NCBI GenBank assembly: GCA_028534125.1
Contig: CM052819.1
Location: forward strand, 105,648,001-105,712,000
Length of the DNA: 64,000 nt
Direction: 5' to 3'
DNA from: Lama glama
Taxonomy: Eukaryota
Part shown: positions 1-10,800 of the stretch, in pieces
How the letters are laid out: every line of letters begins with the position of its first letter
How positions within the stretch are numbered: the first letter of the stretch is position 1
The notes under the pieces: model-generated
The model's input: the letters and a program-made list of their open reading frames with translations, nothing else
The model's database searches: none
Told to the model about the DNA's origin: nothing
Position numbers and translations under genes: made by a program

Positions 1-1339
1 CAGGGCCGAGTGCCTGCTGCAAAGGAGAGAGGGGCTCAGTGCCCACCCGAGGACCTCGTGGGCTCTGGGAGCGCCGGGACGGTGGGCAGGGAGGGCCCCT
101 GGAGAGGGGCGGGCGCCAGTCTCACTGGACTACCTGAGCTGTCTGGTGGGAACGCCCGTAGGAGACCTCACATCTTCTGTGAGTCTTTTCCCCGGTGGTG
201 GAAAGACAAGCGTGACCAGGGTCCTCACATCTCCCGCCTCCCCAGGAAGGAGCCCACCCTACAGGAAGAGGGCACAGAGGGTCCCCAAGGACAGACCACT
301 GGCCTAGCTCAGCGGGTCCTGCTTTCAGTGGGGCGAGGCCCCCCCGGAGCAAACCCACAGAGAAGGGAGGCGGGACCGTGGGCAAGGCCCGCTGTGTTCA
401 AGGGCGGTGCTGCCCAGCAAGCCCGTGCCTGTGGGTCCCGGGGCACCCGTGCTGAGGACACCCGCAGGGGCCCCGCGTGCCAGGTATGCAACCCTGGGAC
501 TCAAGGCGCCTGGACGTGGCACCAGGCACCTCGCTGGAGTTGGGGGACACTTCTTGGCTTACTTTGGGGGAGTGAAGGCCAGACGAGGGACCAGAAACAG
601 GCAGTGCCCCTCCAGGCACTCTCCCCGCCCGCCTCCCTGGGGCAGCTCCACTGGCCAAGGGAGGACCGGGCGGGGGTCAGCCAGCAAAATAGTCCCTGCT
701 TCCAGGGAGGGTGGGCCTCCCTCCTCACGCCTGAGCCTGAAGGGAAGCACCTGCTGCGCTTCTGGGAACAGCCCCGCCTCCTCCAAGGGGGAGAAGTGGG
801 CGGGAGAGCGAGGGGCAGGGAGACCCCGCGCGGAAGGGGCGGAGTGACTCTCAAGGCTCCTGAGAAGGTCACATTTTGGAAACCTCCTCCACCTCGTTCC
901 CGCCACCCCCTCCCCACACACAGCGCCAGCGGGACAACGCTGGGATCAGGAGGTGCCGAGAAGAAGTTTCCAGAAACTTCCTGTCGGGAGAACGCACGAC
1001 TTACTGTCCTGTAAGATGCAGTCAACGTTGGTTCAGCACAAGGGCAAAGGCCAGACACGTGGGGTTTGGGGGAGAAGATGGCCACCTGCCCAAGGGCTCT
1101 GGGGGGACGGCGCATGGCAGAGACAGGACAGGAGGGCCAGCGTGGGGAGCAGCGGGGTGGCTGCTCGGGGCGGTGAGGTGGAGGGGGTGATCGTGAGGAT
1201 GAACAGTCTTGAGAATTCTCGGGAGGCAGAGAAGGGTGTGTGCGTGTGTGTGAGGACCCAGGGCAGGCATGTGTGAGGGGCTGGAAGCAGCTCAGTGGCG
1301 CAGCCCAGAAGTGCACGGCGGGGCGAGCGTGAGGACACA

Positions 1340-1425
1340 GGCTTGTGTGAGCGCGTGCTCTGTGTGTGTGTGTGTGATGAGTGTGAGCGGGTGTGGGCAT
1401 GTGAGTGTGTGAATGTGAGTGTGTA
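1340..1425. repeat. Imperfect (TG)n simple repeat
   Basis: tgtgtgtg-rich tract. Confidence 0.75.
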
Positions 1426-1760
1426 GGGAGGCAGGTGCTCTAGTGGCTTGGGAGGGCGTCCCAGGACCGGGGCACCGAGCCATGCGGCCCGTGTCCAGGA
1501 GTTCGTCCAGAGGTGAGAACCTCAGAGGCAGCAGTGCGAAAGCAGGGAGAAGTTCTCCAAGTGGAAAGGGGGCACCCCAACCCAGAGCTTGTCTAGAATT
1601 CTTGGGGTGGCCCCACAAGCCCCCAGACACAGCCCCCAACCTGGACGCAGAGGCTCTGTCTGGAAAGCCCTCCGTTCCCTCAGACTTCTGACCTCGGTGA
1701 ACCCGGCGCTGGTCAGCCCCCCACCCAAGCCTCCCCGGGCCTCGAGTGCCCAGGAAGTAC

Positions 1761-1846
1761 CTCCTCACGGCGGGGATGTTGCTCCACACGTGCACGGCGT
1801 TCTGGGTGGTCCTGCCTCGGACGTGCTGGATGGTCACGGGGTCCGT
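1761..1846 (-). CDS. DNMT3L: DNMT3L exon 11 ([28 protein letters not shown])
   Basis: cag acceptor, gtactt donor, 86 nt, VWSNIP motif. Confidence 0.93.
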
Positions 1847-4800
1847 CTGAGGGATGAGAATGCTGGCGGTGAACTGGGGGACCCGGACCATTACCTCCAC
1901 CCCCACGGCGCCCACAGGCCTCGGCCACCATGGGCACCATCTCTGAGCCCTGAACACGGGCCCCAGCCTCCCTGGACTGTCTTCTGGTCCACATGGCTGA
2001 CATCTCACATCTCTGTTTTTGTAGTAAATCACCTCATGAGGAAAAAAGCTGAGATAGTATTGTAAGACTTTTAACTGGTAGATATTTCATTCCCAAGGGC
2101 ACATGGCCCAGGGACTCCCCACTCGCTCCAGAGCGGAGGTGGGTTCCTGTGAAGACAGAGAAGTCCTGGGTCTTAGAACCAGGGGAGTCTCGTCTCAGGG
2201 AGATGAGAGGCTCTGTGGGCAGAGAGCAGGGTTTCCTAAAGGGCTGGTGCTTCACAGGGACCGTGGGGAGTCCAGTGAGCACCTGGGTCCTGGTCACGTC
2301 TCCCCGGAAAGCACCGGCAGCCAGGGGAGGAAGGGCTAGTGGTGGGAGCTGTGGAAAGGATGAGGGCAGGGAGGAGAAACTGAGGCCACCCAGCTGCCAA
2401 CACTCAACTTGAGGTGGCCTGGACTCCACCTCCTTGAACCGTCCCCGAGCGTGACCGCCCTGGACACATCAGCCTCCTCCTGTGTCCTGACGCCTGGCCG
2501 GGAGGAGGCTCACACCTGGACGGACCACCAGCTGCAGAGCAGAAAGAGGCAGGTCCTGTATCGGCACGTCTCGCTGTTTCCCTGCCATCAGCGGGAACGA
2601 GTCCACAGCGAGGTGGGAGCAGGTACAGGACAGGTGGAACTTCTCTTTTGCCGACTTCTGGTTTGGGGCCCATTCTGATCTGCCAGACGTGCTCACAAAA
2701 CCATCAGGAGCCAGTATCTGCTGTGCTGCAAGTGTGCTGATCACTGCTGCCCAGGTTTTGGCTGGACTCGCGATCACTTAGTCACAGATTTTTTGATAAA
2801 TGGTGCACCTCACAAAGCTGGTCCTGACTGCTGGTATGTGGCGACGTGTCAGTATTAAAACTGCCAGGCTTCATAAAAAGGAGAAATAACCACAGACACG
2901 CGGATCAAAGTACGAGAATCATGAGGACTCTTTGCCCAACTCTATAGAAATGATTTGTTAACTTTAATTTAATGGCTTATATTCTGGGAAAGCATAACTT
3001 ACCAAACTGACCTCAGAAAAGACTGAAAACCTTAATAGATTAGTTTCCACAGAGGAGTTACTCCCACGTGAGAACAGCGGCAGCCACAGCCAGCTCAGAC
3101 GACGTCCCGGGAGAGTCCTGCCAAAGGCTCGGGCACGCGTGGGAAGCACGCTGGCACCGACACCCAAGCTCAGTAGCGGAGGCACAAAACACTTCAACTA
3201 AAAAAACACGGCACGAAACAAAACAAGAAACCTCACATACCCACCTCTGTCCTGTTATCAGAGCAAAAACCCCACGTGAACTGCTGTTCACCGGGAGTCA
3301 GCAGTACGGCAACACAACCGTGTGCCGTGACTAAGGGTGTTTTCCAGGAAGCAGGGACAGTTGTGCCTAGGGAATCTGCTAGGAGGTCACAGTCACAGAG
3401 CCAGAGAAGAAGTCTCGTTACCTCCACAGACATAAAAAAGAACACTTGACAGAATCCAGCAATTACTCTCGACAGAATAACTCAAAAAGCGGAAGTCCAG
3501 GAGAACTTCTGGAAATTTCCTTAACACAGTGGACTGTATCAACTTCGACCTGAGAGCCAGCATCAGCTTAGTAGAGGAAACACTGGAAACATTTCCACGA
3601 ATGTCAGGAACAAGACAGGCATGTCCCGTCACTCCTGTGATTCAACCTTGTCCCAGAGGCACCAGCAATGTGTGACAAGAAACAGACATTCGAGGTGCAA
3701 AACAAAGAAGGAGAAACAGTCACTGTTGGCAGACGATCTGCTCCCCTCCCTAGACAGGCTACTGGACCATCTGCAGGTCCTGCCGGCTACGAAGTAGCCC
3801 AGGAAGGCGGCCGAGTCAGTCGGGCTAGTGTGGGTGGAGCAATAGTTTCTTACGCACAAATCAAAACCAGTTGACACAGAGGGGAAACCCCCACTGCAGA
3901 GGAGGGAGGAGGAACCCTGCGGCGTCTGGGAGAAGGCCAGGGAACGCAGAGAGGGGGCCGCCTGTGGGCGGGCAAGGGAAACGCAGTGCAGCGCCTGGAG
4001 GGGCCGCGGGGAACACCCTCCCGGGCAGCGCGCTGCACCCCTGGGGACCACGCCTGGGTCCTGCACCTGCACTCCAGGCTCCATCCCGCAGGTGTCCCCC
4101 CACGCGCCCCTGCCCTGGGTATCCTTTGTAAGAGCAACAGGTTAGAAGCATCCCCCTTATCCGTTAGTGGGGGCAGGTTCAATGCATTTTCCACACAAAG
4201 TAAAACCGCACAAAGCAAGACGGATGCAATAAAACAAAGAACAGGGAAGAGCCGTTCGTAACGGGAGGATTTCCCAGGGAAATGTTAATTGCAAAAAGCC
4301 AGCCGCAAGGCAGCGGCGTGGGCAGCCCTGGGCGCCTGTGAGGACGTCCTGGAGGAAGCCAAGGACCTGAGGGCAGAGGCGGAGGGGGTGGCGGAGGTGG
4401 GGGCGGTGGGCTTTGGCTACCAGTTTATGAACCCTTGAACGTGGGGAGCCGTCCCAAGAGGAGGGGACACTGGACCTGGGCTGGGGCTGCCCTTTGTCGG
4501 GAGGGGGTAGCGGGCAGGGACGGGCCTGGTCATCCCTGGACAGGCTGGTCACTGAGCTCACACGTGAATGCTCTGATGGTCAGGACTCAGACCGGAGGAA
4601 ACAGCAAGGCTGTCGGTGGCCCAGGAGGGGTGTGAGTGCGTGTGTGTGGTGTGTGCAAGTGCCCTGTGCACTGTGCGCTGTGGGGTGTGAGCGTGACTGA
4701 CGTGTGTGCACACGGGTGTGAGTGTGTGACGGCGCGCAGTGTGTGCTGAGGTGTGAAAGTGCACAGGGCGTGTGCACAGATGGCGTGAGGGGAGGGGGAA

Positions 4801-7800
4801 GGACACGAGCCCCGGGGGCAGCGTCCTGAACCCAGCGCAGCCGGGAGGCACCCTTGGGAGTGGGGGTGGGGGCTCAGTGGTGCGGTGGCCCTCGTGCTCC
4901 CCACAAACTCTGAAAACTCAGGCCTCGGGGGCAGGGATCTAAGGGGTGCCACCCCCACCAAGGGGCTGCTGGCACCCCGGGCCCTGGCCCGCACACACCT
5001 CCAGGAAGCGAGTGGCCACGGCCCGGTCCTCCTCGGTCAGCACCAGATTGTCCACGAACATCCAGAAGAAGGGCTGCTGGCTGCCCCGCCGGGGCCTCGC
5101 GTACTGCAGGACTCGGTGGAACTGGAACAGGTACCACCCTGGGGGGGTGTGCGGGTACGTCTGGGCTCTGCCCGGGGGGCGGGGGTGAGGGGCCCTGGCG
5201 GGGCAGGGTGACTGCGGTGCGGCCAGCCTGGGCCCCGGGCGTCCACCTGCTCCCCAGGACAGCCCCGCCCCCACAGAGGGCTCAAGGGCTCAGGGCTCCC
5301 TGTCAGCTGGGGCTGCAGACCTAGCCTCACCCAGTGGGCCCGGTACTGAGACAAGGCAGGTGACAGAGAAGCCGGGCAAGCACCTCACAGGGATACCCAG
5401 CTCAGCGGAAGGAGGGCGGGAGGGGTGCCAGGCCGCCCTGGGGTGACAGACATAGTCACCGTCTCAGGTAGAATGATGGCTTCACAGGGTGCACACTTCA
5501 AAACCACCAAACTGTACTCACTGGAGACAGACAACTTCTGTGGGTCTGTGACACCTCAGTGCAGACGACTTGCCACTTCTGCCCTCCCTGAGGAGGTCTG
5601 GGGCCATGGGAGGGGGTCGGGGACAAGAGGCCCCGAAGTTGGAGCGGACTTAGGTCTCTTACCAGGGGGGTGGTCGCAGGTGTGGCCAAGTGGGGGTGTA
5701 GAGCCATAGGTGAGGTCGAAGGGGCCCCATTCCTCCACCTGCAGGAAAGCACGGCGGCTCAGGAGTGGGAGGGGTCCCCCAGGGCCCCACACCTTGCTCG
5801 TCTAACCATGCGACTTAGGCTGACCCTCAGCCCAAAGGCCCCTGAGGGTTGGGGGTAATGAGACCCTCCGGGCCAGACCTGCCCGTGTGGTTCAGGGGAC
5901 ACACAGAGCCGGCTTTCCCATCTGGGAGAGGCCAGCCCTCCACAGAGCCCTGGGAACCTGACCACTGACGATTCCTTCGCACCAGGTGTGGCCCTTACAG
6001 ACCCCCGTGGAAACGCGACACACGGGCCCCCAGGGATTCATGGGGATTTTGTGTGCTGCTGGAAAATACTTTACAGGCCCCCGACAGGTCAGCGCTGCCC
6101 AGCAGCGGCACCCTTGAGAGGCGGGAAGACCACCAAGGTGGCCCAGGCGACCCAGGGGCTTGCTCATGACGACTCTAGCCACTGTCGTTCTTAAAAATCT
6201 AGTCAGAGACCCAAATCCTGGACCCCTGGTTTTCTGACAGCACCCCCTCCAGAGCAGACCTGGCTTCCTTTGACGCCCCACCTCCCACCACGGCAGTTGG
6301 CGGAAGCCTGCACTCAATGTCCACCCCAGCCTTGTTCCCCACGTGGCAGTGGGTTGTGACCCCGCCCAGGTGCGCTCCTGGTGGCACCTGGACACCGGGC
6401 TCTGTCACGGCTGGCTGACGGAGCAGGCCCGGGGGTGTCTGGGTGGGGAGGGGCGCGGGGACTAGAGGAGGTGGGTGTGGGCGTGGGCTGGCGAGGCCCG
6501 CACCCCAACACTGTACGCCGCAGGCTGCCGTGCTCCCTTAACCACCCCACGTTCCCTCAGAGGGAACACCCAGTTCTCTGATAGGATCTTGCAGTTCTGC
6601 AGCTCGGGGAGGCCTCCTGTCACCCTCATGTCACGTCTTAACCATCCTGCCCTGCGAGGGAGGACCCTGCCCTGGGTGGGGGCTGGCGGCGTGCGGGTGG
6701 GGGCAGGCTCCCGAAATGCTTCGTGGTGGGACGTCTGAAGGCGTCGGGGAGGGCACAAAGAGGACTGTCCTGGCTCAGGGCAGGGTGGACCAGGGGCGAT
6801 GGGGGCCGGGGATGCTGCAGGAGGCTTCTCCAGGCTCCGGGCCAGGAGGGGAGCAGAGCCGTGAGGCCTCGGCCAGCATCCAGGGCAGAGCCCACCCCCA
6901 CGTTGGCCGTTTCCTTGCTGCCGCCTCTCGATGGCCAGCGCTCCAGCCCCTCAGCCCCTCTGCACATGGTTGCTGGGCTCTGGGGACAGTGGGCTTTAAT
7001 CCTGGGGTGAGAAGCTGTGCCCACGTGGGGGCGAGAGCCCAGGGTCCTCCTGCCCCGAGGCCACGGGAGGAGGCTCCGGCCTTTCCCATCTGCGGAGACG
7101 GCTCGAGGCCGAGCTGGGCTCTGGCGAGTCGTTTTCAGGCACTTTCTCCGAGGCCGCCGTCCAGGACAGCAGGAACTAGCCTCCCAGGGGCCCTGACCAC
7201 TTCGCAGCAGCACCCAGAGGACGTGCGCGGACAATCCGCAGCTGTGGCTTCCCAGACTCAGCGTCTTATTTCAGAAGGAGGTCTTGGGGCTGCCCCGTCA
7301 TCACAGGGGGTGGGACTGGCCCCTTGGACTTCAACAAGCCAGACAGGAGGTTTGGCCAATCGCTCTGCTGTGGGCTGTGGGAGCGTGGGGGCCACAAAGA
7401 TGTCCTCTCATCTCGCCCACCGTGGGGGCCAGTCCCTGCGAGACCCCCCCACGCCGGACCTGCTGGGGACCCTCCCACCTCCCCGTCCCCTATCCCCACA
7501 GCACCCCTGGGACCGCTGGCACGTCGCTCTCCCCTTGGTGCCTGGAGGAACACAGCAGTACTTACGTCCCTCCTCACCACGTCGGTGACATCATCCAGAT
7601 GTCTCAGCCTTCCGGGCTCAGAGCCGTTTTCCAAAAAGCCCAAACTCGTCAGCTCTGGGTGGGGAGCAGAGGGGGCACAGGAGGGCTAGTGCTGGTTTTG
7701 ACCCCTCGCAGAATCAGAAGGCCAGCACTCGCTCGGAAAACGCCCCCCTCGTTGACGAGCAAACTTCGTCTCTTCAACGACCCGGCAGGGGTAAGCAGCC

Positions 7801-10800
7801 GCCTCCACCGGGACTAACTTCAGAAAGTCGAGCCATTTGTTGCAGAACCAGGGTTCCCTGGCTGCGGTGCCCCTCTCTGGGTTAGGAAACTCCTGGTGGT
7901 GGCAATCCACACGACGTCACCCAGCCAGGCTGCGTGGCACCACTGGGCTGCAGGGGCGTCCGTGGCCCCGGCACGGGAAGGAGCCTACGAACTGAACTAG
8001 GGATGCGCCATCCAGGCAGGGACTCGAAGGCTGGGTGGCCGTGGGCCGTGATCCCTGGGTCTCTTCGGGCACACGATGAGTCTGCTCTGTGCGTCCCAGG
8101 CCCCAGGTCCCTCACACGGGTGCGCGTGAGGCGCTGGACCACATGACACCAGGCACGCCGCACAGCCCTGGAAGTGGGTAGATCCCCACCCCCCATTCCG
8201 TCTGGCCAGAGATTAAGGAGTATTTTCACGGATTCTTGTGTCTGCTGGGCCGAGAAGAATCTGTAAGATTTCCAAAGGCACCAGCAGGTGGGGGTCTGCT
8301 TGGGGCCGGAGGGGCAGGACAGCCAGGCAGGGCTGGAACGCAGCATGTGACCAGCCAGGGCAATCCGGGAGACTAGGGGAGAGGCAGGGTGTGGGGAGCC
8401 CTGCAAGGTGGCCAGGCGTGTGGAGGTGTCTGGGGCTGGGTGGCCGTGGGCAGGGCGGGGCCCAGGTGCTGTCCTGGGCAGAGCCCTGGGCCCCACGGGC
8501 CTCATCAGGCCCCCACGCCGCCACCCTGCCACCTGCACCTTCTCTCCACGGCTCCGCTGCTGAAGGGATGAGCGCCAAGTGCTGCAGCAACACCCCCCCA
8601 ACCTAACACCTCTTGAAAATGACCCTCAGGCATCTTCGTGCTCGGCGCCTGGCTCTAGACCTGCAGCGAGCGCAACACTGGGGATGTGCCCCCTCCCCAG
8701 ACACGCACACCGGGTCCCCTGGGGTCTCGCTCCAGGCTGACCCATCTTCCAGGGTGAGTCCTCGGACGTCACCGCACTCACCTTTCTTGATGTCCCCAAA
8801 AAGGGACAGCACCCGGACTGGCTCTCTCTTCCACACAGGCACAGTTTTGTACATCTCAAGGGGACTCTCCTATTTAAAAAAAAGAAAAAAAGAAAGGATG
8901 TTCTGATGACTACGTGGTCATAGAGCCCATGAGGGACAAGAAGAATTCTCTCTGGCCCAGCAGAAGCATCTGCCCTGATGAACAGAGGCACACCTGCGGG
9001 GCGGCTGCCCCCAGCCGCGCCCCCTCCAGGGAAGACTCTGCCCGCCCCAGGCCATCTCTAGCAAAGGAACCGCAGGTTCGCAGGTTCGCAGGTTCGCAGG
9101 TTCGAGGGGATGTTCCCGATTGCGGAGGGCCGCTTCCCTTGTGTTTCTAAACACGCTCAGCAGTGGGATTCACCCGTCCCTCTCCGTCCCCTCTGTGGGC
9201 TCTGAACAGGGCCCACGTCACCCAGCACTCCCAAAGGAAGGCCACCAGCGTCAGGCCGTTCCCAGGCCAGGACTGAGCCAGCGCCTGAGTCCGGCCACGG
9301 AGGAGCCAGGCTGAGGACCATGGAGCCGAGAAGGCCTGGGGTAACCCAGCCTCTCTGCAGGACACCCAGACCGCAGAGACCTGGGGGTCCGTCTGCGAAA
9401 CAAGCACCCCCAGAGCCCCCGCCCCCCAGGAGGCTGCCCTTGGGGGGTGCCTGGCCTCTGGGGAGCCCGGCGTCGAGCTGCGGATGGGAGACAAGGCCTG
9501 AACCTGTCTGCCTGCACCGGGGGTGCGCAGGACGCCCTGAGCCACTGGGGAAGGGTCTACCCAGGGCTGGAGCAGACGGACGGTGCCCAGCCAGGTAAGG
9601 GGGAGGAGCCAGTGAGCCCGGGGCGGCGGGCAGGTGGTCTGGGGCTGCCCAGAGGTGTGAGGAGGTGAGGAGGTCAGGAAGGGCCTGGCACAGGTGCGGC
9701 CCTGAAGGACACTGGGGACATAGTCCTGGTTCCCATGGCAGCTGCAGGCGCAGCGTCTCCTCCCCCTGGCGGCCTGGCACTGAGCTGTCGTAACAGCAGG
9801 TCTGAATGTCAGCTCCCTTTGCTTTCAGCAGCGAGCTCCCCTTGCAGTTTGCCAGCGCGGAGGGTGGGGGGTGGGGAAGGTTTCTGCCACTAAATGGACC
9901 TGAAGACACTCCACTGGGAGCAAGGCGCCTTGATTCTGACAAGCACCGTAGAGGCACCTGCTCCCATCCGGTGTCAGGGAGTGTGGGACGGTGGGCCCAC
10001 CATGTGCCCCTGTGGGTGGGTGGCCAGCAACGCCGTGCGGTGACTCTCCAGAACCAGCCTGGCCGCCAAGCACATAGAAGAGAGCCCCAGGCCAGCACTG
10101 GCTCCATGCTGCCCGGGTCAGTCCACACCCCTGCCCATCACCTGGCCACCCTCCCTCTGCGTCTGTCTCCCAGGTCCCCCTCCTTAGGTGACACCAGTCG
10201 TTGCACTTCCTGTCCCCTTGATCCAGGATGACCTCCCTCAAGACCCTATTTGCAAACTGGGTCCAGTTCACAGGTACCAGGGGTTAGGACTTAGATGTAT
10301 CTTTTGGGGAGGACTCAGCTCAACCCGCTTTGATGAGGCCACAGCTCCTGCCCAGCTCCCGGCTCCTGGCCTTGATCCTGGAGCGGTCCCACATCCATGA
10401 TGCTGTCCGGGCTGAACCAGGCTGACCCTGCACAGGGTTTGCTCCCAATTGCCGAACTCCAAGGCCCACCTCTGCTGAGCCCCTCCCCTACCGCCTACAA
10501 ATGCCTCCTTCCAGGCTGGGAAGAAACACCATTGCCATGCTACAGTAATTTTTAGCAGATAGACCACCTAGCGGAAACTGCTCTCAAAGAGGAAGACAGA
10601 GAAGTGCGTCGGCTTAAAAGCCTTTAACTTCACCACGTGTCCAGATGGGCGTTTTGCAGCCAGTTACCAGGGAAACTAACAGCGCCAGGGCCCGTGCCTG
10701 CGCCCTGCCCTCGGGGCCCAGCCATCCCGCTCCTCACCGCCTCGCGGTCGTAGAAGGCCTTCAGCCACCCGCGCCACTTCCTCCTCCTCTGCAGCAGCCC

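Noticed and set aside
10-1014. 334-aa ORF and many other 200-350 aa ORFs in the track
   Set aside because: Low-complexity Pro/Gly/Arg/Ala translations with non-ATG starts and no recognisable domains; expected in GC-rich DNA.
1-1760. Possible loss of the DNMT3L terminal exon (pseudogene)
   Set aside because: The expected LPLREYFKYFS-type exon is not in 1-1760, but the window simply ends there. Upstream exons are intact, so it most likely lies outside.
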